Shown piece after piece: positions 9,446-19,822 of a stretch of 64,000 nt of DNA. Source of the DNA: Sandaracinaceae bacterium (GTDB lineage: Bacteria; Myxococcota_A; Polyangia; Polyangiales; Houyiibacteriaceae). Position 1 is the first letter of the stretch, and every line of letters begins with the position of its first letter. The position numbers were made by a program, and so were the translations under genes. Under the pieces are notes generated by a model. That model saw only the letters and a list, made by a program, of their open reading frames with translations. It was not told the origin of the DNA and did no database searches. The stretch lies in NCBI GenBank assembly GCA_016706685.1, contig JADJJE010000003.1:321780-385779 (forward strand). The letters are read 5' to 3'.

Positions 9446-9716
9446 GGCTGGAGCACTATGCAAGGAGCGTACCCCCCGCTTCGAGGGTGCGTATCCATGG
9501 CGATCCTGCGGATCACACCGCTCCCACAGGATGGGCACGGCCCGCATTCGGTGCAGAGCTACGAAAACTTTTCGTGGAGTCACGGTCGCATCAACTTCCG
9601 ACGCCTAGAGGGTGCATACGCGCGGCTGGCGTCGCCCGATACTGTAGAGGATGTGAGCTGAAGCCCGAAGAACCCGGCCATCGGGTGCAAAGCGAGCACA
9701 AGATGCCCGAACGGCC

Positions 9717-9745
9717 TTGACACCACCCGCCCAGCGGCGTACATC
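9717..9745 (+). promoter_or_regulatory. Putative sigma-70-type promoter for tRNA-Leu
   Basis: TTGACA (9717..9722), a 17-nt spacer, then TACATC (9740..9745). Lies about 18 nt upstream of the mature tRNA 5' end. Confidence 0.35.
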
Positions 9746-9762
9746 GGCGCCTCCACACGCCC

Positions 9763-9846
9763 GCGGAAGTGGCGGAATTGGCAGACGCGCATGATTCAGG
9801 TTCATGTAAGGTAACTCTTGTGGAGGTTCGAGTCCTCTCTTCCGCA
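9763..9846 (+). tRNA. tRNA-Leu: tRNA-Leu (anticodon CAG), class II with long variable arm
   Basis: Folded by hand. Acceptor stem GCGGAAG/CTTCCGC. D region GCGGAATTGGCAGACGC. Anticodon stem CATGA/TCATG with loop TTCAGGT (CAG). 15-nt variable arm. T arm GGAGG-TTCGAGT-CCTCT. Discriminator A. CCA is not encoded. Confidence 0.9.
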
Positions 9847-9870
9847 CCCTTGAACTAAGTGGAGTTCAGA

Positions 9871-9903
9871 GAGAGCCCGGCTTCGGCCAGGCTCTCTTTT
9901 TTT
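9871..9903 (+). terminator. Rho-independent terminator after tRNA-Leu
   Basis: GAGAGCC(c)GGC-TTCG-GCC(a)GGCTCTC hairpin followed by seven T (9897..9903). Confidence 0.75.
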
Positions 9904-9914
9904 ATGGTGGGCCT

Positions 9915-10535
9915 TCAGGAGAGCGCCACGAGCGCCTCGCGCAGCACCGCCTCGAGGGGCCGGTCGACCTCGTCGTGCTCGGTCACGCTCTCGACCGCCC
10001 GCTCCGCGTCGGGCCGCTTGTAGCCCATTTGCACGAGCGCCCCGACCACCTGCGCGGCGACGCCCGTCACGGAAGGCACGGCGGGCTTCTTCACGGCCGA
10101 CCGCGGAGTGGCGGTGCTGGAGGGCACGAACAGCAGCTTCCCCTTCAGATCCAACAGGATGCGCTCCACCGTCTTGCTGCCCACCCCCGAGATGCCTCGG
10201 AAGGCCTTCTTGTCCTCGACGGCGATGGCCTGCGCCAGCTCCGGCGCCGAGAGCGAGGACAGGATGGCCAGGGCCAGCTTGGGGCCGATGGAGTTGACGG
10301 TGAGCAGGGCGCGAAACGCGGCCTTGTCCTCGGGCGTGTCGAAGCCGTAGAGGATCAAGGCGTCCTCACGGACGTGCGTGTGGACGTGCAGGGTGGCCTC
10401 CCCGGCCCCCGCGTCGGGCAGGCGCCCCACGGTGCCGAGCGGCACGTAGACCTCGTAGCCCACGCCGCCCACCTCGAGGATGACCAGCCCCTCGAGCCCC
10501 TGTTGGACGATGGCGCCGCGAAGCCGCCCGATCAT
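9915..10535 (-). CDS. ruvA: Holliday junction DNA helicase subunit RuvA
   Basis: 206 aa. MIGRLRGAIV..GGVGYEVYVPL.., HhH region SVNSIGPKLALAILS and GISGVGSKTVERILLDLK. Confidence 0.92.
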   Translation of the reverse strand: MIGRLRGAIVQQGLEGLVILEVGGVGYEVYVPLGTVGRLPDAGAGEATLHVHTHVREDALILYGFDTPEDKAAFRALLTVNSIGPKLALAILSSLSAPELAQAIAVEDKKAFRGISGVGSKTVERILLDLKGKLLFVPSSTATPRSAVKKPAVPSVTGVAAQVVGALVQMGYKRPDAERAVESVTEHDEVDRPLEAVLREALVALS

Positions 10536-10563
10536 GGCGTGCCCCGCAGCGCCGACCCCTCGC

Positions 10564-11157
10564 TCATTCGGACTCGGCCTCGGGGGCAGGCTGCGGGGCG
10601 CTGGGGGCCTTGGCCACCACCACCATGGCCGCGCGCAACAGGCGCTCGCCGATGCGATAGCCGGAGACGACCTCGGTGAGGACCGTGCCCGGCGGGTGCT
10701 CGGCGGTCTCCACCTGCTGGATGGCGTCGTGCAGGGTGGGGTCGAAGCGCTCGCCGGCGGCCTGCACGCGGGTCACCCCCATGCGGGAGGCGATGTCGTC
10801 GAAGCTGCGCAGCACCATCTCGATACCCGAGATGACGGCCACCACGTCGGTTGCCCCGCGCGAGGCCTCCACCGCGCGCTCGAGGTTGTCCACGATGGGC
10901 AGGAAGTCGCGCAGGCTGTCCTCGCGGCCACGCCGCAGCGCGTCCTCGGCGTCGCGGCGCGCGCGCTTCCGGAAGTTGTCGAAGTCCGCCATGGTGCGCA
11001 GCAGCTGGTCTTTGAGCTTGTCGCGCTCGGCCGTCAGGATCGAAAGTTCGCTCGGTGCCTCGCCGGGCTCCCCCTCGACGACCGTCTCGGCACCGCTAGC
11101 GCCCTGCGGGCCACGGGAGTCGGAGTTTTCGTTGGGGTTCTCGTCGGAATCGCTCAC
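10564..11157 (-). CDS. grpE: Nucleotide exchange factor GrpE
   Basis: GTG start at 11157 with AGGA upstream. KDQLLRTMADFDNFRKRARRD, FLPIVDNLERA and RFDPTLHDAIQQV motifs. Confidence 0.92.
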   Translation of the reverse strand: MSDSDENPNENSDSRGPQGASGAETVVEGEPGEAPSELSILTAERDKLKDQLLRTMADFDNFRKRARRDAEDALRRGREDSLRDFLPIVDNLERAVEASRGATDVVAVISGIEMVLRSFDDIASRMGVTRVQAAGERFDPTLHDAIQQVETAEHPPGTVLTEVVSGYRIGERLLRAAMVVVAKAPSAPQPAPEAESE

Positions 11158-11330
11158 GGAATCATCCTCGCTTCGGGTTGCTGGCGGCGAACATAACCCC
11201 TCACCGTCCGTGGGACAACGAACCGCGCATCGGCTGGGCGAACCGTGATGCGGAATACCTTCGGATGACAGTATCGCGGGAAGGGTACCAGACGGTATAA
11301 GGTGGGCTGGCAGGCAAATGAAGAGGATCC

Positions 11331-13162
<1,832 letters not shown>

Positions 13163-13237
13163 GCGGCGCTCGGGAGCGAGCGGGGCTGCGGGCGATCATC
13201 GATCGACATCCCCGTTCGGGCGCCCCAAACTCCCGCC

Positions 13238-15259
13238 ATGAGCCTCAACCCCGCGCAGCGCGAAGCCGTGGAGCACGACCAGGGGCCCATGCTGGTCCTG
13301 GCCGGCGCGGGCTCGGGCAAGACGCGCGTGATCACCGCGCGCATCGCTCGGCTGATCGAGCGTGGGACGCGGCCCGATGCGATCCTGGGCGTGACCTTCA
13401 CCAACAAGGCGGCCCGCGAGATGGCCGAGCGCATGGTGCCGCTGATCGGGCGCGAGCGCACCGAGCGCGTGTGGCTGAGCACGTTCCACTCGTTCGGGGT
13501 CCGCTTCCTGGGCGAGGAGAGCAAGCGCCTCGGCTTCGAGGGCGGGCGCTTCGTGATCTTCGACCAGGGCGACTCGCTGGGGCTGGTGAAGGACATCCTA
13601 CGCACCGAGGTGGGCATCACGCGCAACGTGGACGTGCCCTCGCTCATGACGCGCATCTCGCTGTGGAAGAACGCGTTCAAGGGGCCCGACGAGATCCCCG
13701 CGTCCACCTTCGAGTACGACGCCATCGCGCGCGAGGTGTACCCCCACTACGAGGACCGCATGCGGCGCATGCACGCGGTCGACTTCGACGACCTGGTGGT
13801 GCTGCCGGTGCGCATCCTCCAGCAGCACGAGGACGTGCGGGAGAAGTGGCGGGCGCGCTTCCGCTACCTGCTGATCGACGAGTTCCAGGACACCAACAAG
13901 AGCCAGCTCGAGCTGGTGCGGGCGCTGGCGAACTCGCTGAACAACGTGTGCGTGGTGGGTGACGACGACCAGTCCATCTACGGCTGGCGCGGCGCCGAGG
14001 TGGGCAACATCCTCGACTTCGAGCGCTACTTCCCGGGCACCAAGGTGGTGAAGCTGGAGGACAACTACCGCAGCTACGCGCAGATCCTGGCCGTGGCCAA
14101 CGCCGCCATCGCGCAGAGCCGCGGCAAGCGCCACGGAAAGACGCTGCGCGCGGCGCGCGGGCTGGGCGACAAGGTGCGGCTGGTCACCACCAACGACGCC
14201 GCGAACGAAGTGGAGTTCGTGGTCAACGAGATCCACGACCTGGCGCAGAACCACCGTGTGGCCTACCGCGACATGGCGGTGCTGTACCGCAGCAACGGGC
14301 AGGCCCGCATTCTGGAAGAGGAGCTGCGTGCGGGCGGCATCCCGTATCAGCTCTTCGGCGGCACGCAGTTCTTCGACCGGAAAGAGGTGAAGGACGCCAT
14401 CGCGTACCTGCGCGTGGTGGTGAGCACGCGCGACGAGCTGAGCATCCGGCGCGTGATCAACACGCCGCCACGCGGGCTGGGCGACACCAGCCTCGACCGC
14501 ATCGCGGGGTACGGAAAGCTGCACGGGCTGTCGCTGTTCGAGGCGCTCCAGCGCGCCGAGCAGGTGCCCGGCATCACGGAGCCGGCCAAGCGCGGGGCCG
14601 AGCTGTTCACGCAGAGCATCGAGCGGGCGCGCACCAGCCTGTTGCGCGAGGGGGCCGAGCTGGTGCCCACCACCAAGCGGCTCTTCGAGGACGCGGGCTA
14701 CACGCGCATGCTCAGCGCTGGAGCGGACAAGGACAGCAAGCGCCGCGTGGAGAACTTCGGCTTCTTGATGCGCAGCGTGGAGCGCTACGCGAGCGCCCCC
14801 AGCGCCGGGAAGGCGAGTCTCAGCGTGTTCCTCACGCGCCTCACGCTACGGGTGGACAACGAGGAAGAGGTGGCCGGCAACAAGGTCACGCTGAGCTCGC
14901 TGCACTCCAGCAAGGGGCTCGAGTTCCCGGTGGTGTTCTTCATTGGCCTGGTGGAGGGCATCCTGCCGCACAGCCGCACCACGGACCCGAAGGTGAACGA
15001 GGCCGTGCTGACCGACGTGGACGAGGAGCGGCGCCTGTTCTACGTGGGCGTGACGCGCGCCATGAACCGGCTGTACCTCACGCGGCCGCTGCGGCGCACC
15101 AACCGCGGGCGGGTGATGCCGCTGTCGCCCACCCGCTTCCTGAGCGGGCTCCCAGAAGACGCCTACGAGGCCTATCAGGGGCGCGGGCGAGAGCGCACCA
15201 GCGTGCAGGAGACGGCGGACTTCGCGGCGCAGATCCTGGCGCAGCTGAACGCCAAGTAA
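13238..15259 (+). CDS. uvrD: ATP-dependent DNA helicase, UvrD/PcrA/Rep family (SF1A)
   Basis: 673 aa. LNPAQREAV, Walker A AGAGSGKTRV, TFTNKAAREM, LLIDEFQDTN, VGDDDQSIYGWRGA, LEDNYRS, SSLHSSKGLEFPVVF and YVGVTRA motifs. Confidence 0.9.
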   Translation: MSLNPAQREAVEHDQGPMLVLAGAGSGKTRVITARIARLIERGTRPDAILGVTFTNKAAREMAERMVPLIGRERTERVWLSTFHSFGVRFLGEESKRLGFEGGRFVIFDQGDSLGLVKDILRTEVGITRNVDVPSLMTRISLWKNAFKGPDEIPASTFEYDAIAREVYPHYEDRMRRMHAVDFDDLVVLPVRILQQHEDVREKWRARFRYLLIDEFQDTNKSQLELVRALANSLNNVCVVGDDDQSIYGWRGAEVGNILDFERYFPGTKVVKLEDNYRSYAQILAVANAAIAQSRGKRHGKTLRAARGLGDKVRLVTTNDAANEVEFVVNEIHDLAQNHRVAYRDMAVLYRSNGQARILEEELRAGGIPYQLFGGTQFFDRKEVKDAIAYLRVVVSTRDELSIRRVINTPPRGLGDTSLDRIAGYGKLHGLSLFEALQRAEQVPGITEPAKRGAELFTQSIERARTSLLREGAELVPTTKRLFEDAGYTRMLSAGADKDSKRRVENFGFLMRSVERYASAPSAGKASLSVFLTRLTLRVDNEEEVAGNKVTLSSLHSSKGLEFPVVFFIGLVEGILPHSRTTDPKVNEAVLTDVDEERRLFYVGVTRAMNRLYLTRPLRRTNRGRVMPLSPTRFLSGLPEDAYEAYQGRGRERTSVQETADFAAQILAQLNAK

Positions 15260-15304
15260 CACGTGCTCGGGCGCCGGGGCGGCGGGCAGCGTACGCTCCA
15301 TCCC

Positions 15305-16537
15305 ATGAGCGACAGCAACGGCGACCAAGGGCACTTCGAGCCGCGCTTCCAGTCCCTGGCCGAGACGTTCTTCCGCCGCACGCGCGCGTCCGAGGGCGGC
15401 GGTGCGCTGGCCGTGTACCAAGACGGCGTGAAGGTGCTGGACGTGTGGGGTGGCCGCCGCGATCCGAGCGGGGCGCCGTGGCTCGAGCGCACTCCCTCGC
15501 TGTCGTTCTCCACCACCAAGGGCGTGGCGAGCATCGCGCTGCATCGCTGCGTGGACCAGGGCCTCATCGCGTACGACGCCCCCGTGGCGCGCTACTGGCC
15601 GGAGTTCGCGCAGGCCGGCAAGGGCAACATCACGGTGCGCCACGTGCTGTGTCACGAGGCGGGGCTGTATGACGTGCGCGGCCTGGTGAGCGACGCGCAC
15701 CAGCTGCTGGATTGGGAGCACACGGTGAACGCGCTGGCCGCCGCGCTCCCGGCACACGCGCCCGGCCGGCACAACGCCTACCACGCGCTGACCTATGGCT
15801 ACCTGGTGGGCGAGCTGGTGCGGCGCGTCTCCGGGGTGCACCTGCGCGACTACGTGCGGCGCGAGCTGGCCGAGCCGCTGGGCCTGGACCACCTGCACTT
15901 GGGTGCGCCACCCGAGGCCATCTTGGAAGCCGCGCGCTACTTCCCGCTCCCCGAGGGGGAGCGCATGCGACGCGGTGGTGTGCGTGCGGGCGTGAGCCAC
16001 GCGGGCGGCAAGCGATCGCTGCGCGCGGGGCTGCAGCAGGCTGGCGTGGCCGCCCTGCGGCGTGCGGGGGTGCCGCTCGACGAAGAGCGCTTTGCACGTG
16101 CGCTCATCCCTCGTGGAGCGGCGGACTTCGACTGGTCGGCGGACGCCACGCTGGCCGCGTGCAACCCGAGCGCGGGTGGCCTCTTCACGGCGCGCGCGTT
16201 AGCGAAGCTCTACGGGGCCCTGGCCGTGGGAGGCACCCTCGATGGCGTGCAGGTGCTGTCGGCCGAGACGCTGAAGCAGGCGACCGCGCTCCAGAACCGG
16301 CGCCTCGACGGCGTGCTGCTGCTGCCCATGCACTGGCGCCTGGGGTTCCACAGCATCGCATCGAAGCGCGGCTTCCACCGCGGCGCGTTCGGGCACTACG
16401 GCTTCCGCGGGTCAGGCGCGTTCGCAGACCCGCGCCGGCGCATGGCGGTGGCCTACGTGACCAACTGCGGGGGCGGCAGCCCGATCGGCGACGGACGGAT
16501 CTTCGAATTCGCGGGGCTCGCGGCTCGCTGCGCCTGA
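15305..16537 (+). CDS. Serine hydrolase, beta-lactamase/esterase (class C-like) family
   Basis: ATG at 15305 (MSDSNGD..). SxxK motif in LSFSTTKGVASI. Overall EstB/AmpC-like layout. Confidence 0.75.
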   Translation: MSDSNGDQGHFEPRFQSLAETFFRRTRASEGGGALAVYQDGVKVLDVWGGRRDPSGAPWLERTPSLSFSTTKGVASIALHRCVDQGLIAYDAPVARYWPEFAQAGKGNITVRHVLCHEAGLYDVRGLVSDAHQLLDWEHTVNALAAALPAHAPGRHNAYHALTYGYLVGELVRRVSGVHLRDYVRRELAEPLGLDHLHLGAPPEAILEAARYFPLPEGERMRRGGVRAGVSHAGGKRSLRAGLQQAGVAALRRAGVPLDEERFARALIPRGAADFDWSADATLAACNPSAGGLFTARALAKLYGALAVGGTLDGVQVLSAETLKQATALQNRRLDGVLLLPMHWRLGFHSIASKRGFHRGAFGHYGFRGSGAFADPRRRMAVAYVTNCGGGSPIGDGRIFEFAGLAARCA

Positions 16538-16965
16538 GCGCGGTGGCGTTCAGCGGGGCGTGATCGATGGGAGTGCGACGGGCACCCTGGTCTGCGGGAT
16601 CGCTCGCGCTGGCGCTCGCTCTGGTACCCCCCTGGAATCGGCACTGCGCGCTGCGCGCTGCGTTTGATTCCGGGGCCCCCCAAGTCCCGCTGCCCAGGGC
16701 GCCCGTCGCCCTCCACGGTGGCGTCCATGAACGCACGTGAGCTGTGCCGCGCATCGGGCCCGCTCGCTGCGACGGGGGCTCGTCTGGGCTCGATTGGGCG
16801 CTGACGCCGGACTCTCTGCAGGCGCACTACAACCTCGGGCAAGGGATTGCCCGGCTGCCGGAGCCCAGCTGCGCCTACCGCGACGCCGTGGAGCGAGCGC
16901 GCCAGAGGCTCCCGAACGACGCGAGGACCGCGCAGAACGCCGCGAGAGCAGGCATACTGCGCGGC

Positions 16966-17415
16966 ATGACCACACCGGACGCGCCCACGACCCCGAACAA
17001 CGAGAAGGTTCTCTTCGAGGGTTACCCCTCCGTCATCCCGGGGGCGCTCGCGCTGCTGATCGCGACCCTGACCCTCGGGCTCGCCCTGATCTACTTCTTC
17101 GTGCGGTCGCGGCAGACGCACTACAAGATCACCACCCAGCGCATCATCATCGAGCGCGGCATCCTGTCGAAGAAGATGGACCAGGTGGACACCTACCGCA
17201 TCAACGACTTCGTGGTGGAGCGCCCGTTCGGGCAGCGCCTCATGGGCACGGGCAACATCGTCCTCACGTCCATGGACCGGAGCAACCCCGAGGTGCACAT
17301 CAACGGAATCCGGACCGACGTGCTGGCCCTCTACGAGCAGCTGCGCGTGGCCACCGAGGACCAGAAGATCCGGCGCGGGGTTCGCACCCTCGATGCGTCG
17401 GAGCACCACGTCTGA
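16966..17415 (+). CDS. Bacterial PH domain (bPH_2, YdbS/YdbT-like) membrane protein
   Basis: ATG at 16966. Two TM segments (VIPGALALLIATLTLGLALIYFF) followed by THYKITTQRIIIERGILSKKMDQVDTYRINDF..GTGNIVL. The track ORF starts at 16744, but that upstream part looks non-coding. Confidence 0.7.
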   Translation: MTTPDAPTTPNNEKVLFEGYPSVIPGALALLIATLTLGLALIYFFVRSRQTHYKITTQRIIIERGILSKKMDQVDTYRINDFVVERPFGQRLMGTGNIVLTSMDRSNPEVHINGIRTDVLALYEQLRVATEDQKIRRGVRTLDASEHHV

Positions 17416-17496
17416 AACCGGCCACCGTGCCCTTCTGAGCGGGATCGAGCACGGGAGGCGAGCGCGTCCGCGACGACGCTGGTAGAGTCCCGCCCG

Positions 17497-18384
17497 ATGC
17501 GTAACCTCCAGTGCGCAAACTGCCGAGTCGAGCTCCCACTGACGAGTGAGCGGGAGCCCGGCCTGCTCGTGTGTACGGCGTGCGGGCGCGAGCACCGCGC
17601 GTCGACGCGGCCCGAGGCCCCGCCCAACCCCACCGCCGAGTTCCGCGTGGGCGACACCGTGCTGGTGCTGTGGGGTCAGCGCTGGTGGCCGGCCCGGGTG
17701 CGCCGGGTGGTGGCCGAGGACATCTGGCAGGTGCACTACGAGGGCTGGTCCGACGAGCTGGACGAGATCGTGGACGTGGCGCGCGTGCGCGCGCTGTACA
17801 CCCCCGCGCGGCCCATCACCCCCCGCTTGTTCGCGGGGCTGGTGGTGACGGCCACCGCGGTGGGTGTGGGCGTGGGGGCCTGGGCGCTGGGCATCCCGGA
17901 TCTTGCGCCCGAGAGCGCACCGGTGGAGATGAGCGCGCGCGGGCCCATCACGCCCACGGGTGTGCTGCTGCCCCCCGGCCTGCGCGTGCCCCCGGGCACC
18001 GAGCTGGAGGTGCAGTGGAACGAGAGCTTCTACCGCGCCGTGAGCAAGGTGCACTACGGCGATGGCAGCATGAGCGTGCACTACGTGGGCTGGAGCGACG
18101 CCTTCGACGGCGAGGTCGACGAAGCCGACGTGCGCATCTCGGAGGCCGCCATCCGGGCTTCCCGCGGTCCGGTGGAGGGCAGCGGCGCGCCCGTGGGTCC
18201 CGACTCGCCCGTCTACGAGGGGGACGTGCTGGAGGTGGCCTGGCGGGACGGTCACTACCGCGCCGTGGTCGTGGCCACGCACCCGGACGGACGCCTGCGC
18301 GTGCACTACGCCGGCTGGGAAGACGAGCTCGACGAGGACATCCCCCGCGAGCGCGCCCGCCGGGTGCTCGCCGCCGAAGAGTGA
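17497..18384 (+). CDS. Membrane protein with N-terminal zinc ribbon and three Tudor/Agenet-like repeats
   Basis: CANC..x17..CTAC zinc ribbon. One TM helix (LFAGLVVTATAVGVGVGAWALGI). Three roughly 50-aa repeats share the pattern [V/L]xVxW....[W/Y].A.V...... VHY.GW.D..D..[V/I] (17641..17796, 17980..18138, 18208..18369). Confidence 0.65.
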   Translation: MRNLQCANCRVELPLTSEREPGLLVCTACGREHRASTRPEAPPNPTAEFRVGDTVLVLWGQRWWPARVRRVVAEDIWQVHYEGWSDELDEIVDVARVRALYTPARPITPRLFAGLVVTATAVGVGVGAWALGIPDLAPESAPVEMSARGPITPTGVLLPPGLRVPPGTELEVQWNESFYRAVSKVHYGDGSMSVHYVGWSDAFDGEVDEADVRISEAAIRASRGPVEGSGAPVGPDSPVYEGDVLEVAWRDGHYRAVVVATHPDGRLRVHYAGWEDELDEDIPRERARRVLAAEE

Positions 18385-18437
18385 GCCCAGCGGTCCAGGA
18401 CTGCTGCTTCCGGCCCCCGTTGTGGTAGGAGTCTCCG

Positions 18438-19814
18438 ATGCGCCTCTCCTCTCTGCTGGGCCCGGACCTACGGGCCGTCCTCGAGAGTGACCCGGAGTCC
18501 CTCCGGGAAGCGCTCGCGGACTTTCACGCGGAGGACATCGCCGAGATCCTGGACGATCTCGAGGAGGGCGACGCCATCGCCCTGATGCGCGCCCTGACGC
18601 CCGAGCTGGCGGCCAGCGTGATCGAGCGCATCAACCCCGAGCTGCAGGTCATGTTCTTGCGCGGGCTCACGGCCACGGACGCCGTGACGGTGCTGCGCGA
18701 GATGGACCCGGACGACCTGGTGGACGTCCTCCAGGAGCTCGAGCACGCCGAGCGCGCGCCGCTGCTGAACGAGCTCGAGCGCGTGGACGTGGAAGCCGCC
18801 GAGGAAGCCCGCGAGCTGGTGCTCTACGGGCCCGACACGGCCGGCGGTCTGATGACCACCGAGTTCGTCGCCCTGCCGCCAACCACCAAGGTCTGGGAGG
18901 CCATCCAAGCCGTGCGCCGCGCCGCAGCCGAGGGCGAGGTGGAGACCATCTACTACGTCTACGTGTGCGGCTACGGCAACAAGCTGCTGGGCGTGGTGTC
19001 GCTGCGCGACCTGATCCTGGGTGACCCGGGCCAAGAGCTCGAGCACCTCATGATCGAGAAGGTGGTGCACGTGGGCCCCCTGGACGACCAGGAGAAGGTG
19101 GCCGACATCATCGCGCGCTACGACCTGAGCGCCGTCCCCGTGGTGGACTCGGGCTTCGCGCTCTTGGGCATGGTCACCGTCGACGACGTGGTGGACGTCG
19201 TGATCGAGGAGGCCACCGAGGACGCCCAGATGATGGCCGGTGTGATGCCGCTCGAGGACTCGTACTTCGCCACGGGTCTGTTCGACTTCGTCTGGAAGCG
19301 CGGCGTCTGGCTGGTGGTGCTGTTCCTGGGGCAGCTGCTCACCGCCACGGTCATGGAGATCAACCAGCTCACGCTGCAGCGCACCATGGAGCTGGCGCTC
19401 TTCATCCCGCTCATCATCTCGTCGGGCGGCAACGTGGGGTCGCAGTCCTCCACGCTCATCATCCGAGCGCTGGCCGTGGGCGAGATCGAGTCGCGCGACT
19501 GGATGCGGGTGGTGGCGCGCGAGCTGGCCATCGGGCTCATGCTCGGGCTGGTGCTGGGCGCCATGGGCTTCCTGCGCGGCTATGTCGCCGGTGGCGAGGC
19601 GGCGCCCTTCGCGCTGGCCATCGTGGTCTCCGCCAGCATCCTGGGCATCGTCAGCCTGAGCGCCGTGGTGGGCGCGGTGCTGCCGCTCATCATCAAGCGC
19701 GTCGGGCTGGACCCGGCCGTGTCGTCCACCCCCTTCATCGCGTCCGTCGTCGACGTGCTGGGCCTGATGGTCTACTTCGGCGTCGCGCAGTACGTGTTCT
19801 CCGTGACAAGCTGA
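18438..19814 (+). CDS. mgtE: Magnesium transporter MgtE
   Basis: 458 aa, with GGAG 7 nt upstream of the ATG. MgtE N-domain (FHAEDIAEILDDL), a CBS pair, and a C-terminal 5-TM domain with IPLIISSGGNVGSQSST and FIASVVDVLGLMVYF. Confidence 0.92.
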   Translation: MRLSSLLGPDLRAVLESDPESLREALADFHAEDIAEILDDLEEGDAIALMRALTPELAASVIERINPELQVMFLRGLTATDAVTVLREMDPDDLVDVLQELEHAERAPLLNELERVDVEAAEEARELVLYGPDTAGGLMTTEFVALPPTTKVWEAIQAVRRAAAEGEVETIYYVYVCGYGNKLLGVVSLRDLILGDPGQELEHLMIEKVVHVGPLDDQEKVADIIARYDLSAVPVVDSGFALLGMVTVDDVVDVVIEEATEDAQMMAGVMPLEDSYFATGLFDFVWKRGVWLVVLFLGQLLTATVMEINQLTLQRTMELALFIPLIISSGGNVGSQSSTLIIRALAVGEIESRDWMRVVARELAIGLMLGLVLGAMGFLRGYVAGGEAAPFALAIVVSASILGIVSLSAVVGAVLPLIIKRVGLDPAVSSTPFIASVVDVLGLMVYFGVAQYVFSVTS

Positions 19815-19822
19815 CGCGCCCC

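Noticed and set aside
9670-9700. Possible sigma-54 promoter (TGTGCT-N4-TTGCA on the minus strand) upstream of the minor-pilin operon
   Set aside because: The -24 element has TG instead of the invariant GG, and it lies more than 200 nt from the start codon. The match is too weak to call.
9458-9847. Small ORFs (9458..9661, 9487..9720, 9580..9792, 9605..9847) around the tRNA
   Set aside because: They overlap the tRNA-Leu gene and its promoter region, have no ribosome-binding sites or motifs, and sit in the only clearly non-coding, lower-GC stretch.
9446-9914. tRNA-Leu as an integration site for a genomic island (pilin operon on one side)
   Set aside because: There is no integrase, no recognisable direct repeat of the tRNA 3' end and no compositional break that I can see. 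The flanking genes (ruvA, grpE, dnaK) are core genes.
11158-11330. CIRCE/HrcA operator or sigma-32 promoter in the grpE-dnaK divergent region
   Set aside because: I found no TTAGCACTC-N9-GAGTGCTAA-like inverted repeat and no convincing CTTGAA/CCCCAT pair by eye.
16538-16965. 428-nt gap with a 57-codon ORF (16567..16740, signal-peptide-like start) in the same frame as ORF 16744..17415, separated by a single TGA. It also contains a TPR-like snippet (LQAHYNLGQGIARLP). Could this be readthrough, selenocysteine, or a decayed gene?
   Set aside because: The composition of the putative peptide is poor. No SECIS-like hairpin is evident after the TGA. The bPH_2 family normally starts where I placed the ATG (16966). 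Open frames of this length arise by chance at this GC content. It remains an unexplained spacer.
18385-18437. M-box (Mg2+) riboswitch upstream of mgtE
   Set aside because: The intergenic space is only 53 nt, far too short for the roughly 160-nt M-box. It contains just a GGAG ribosome-binding site.
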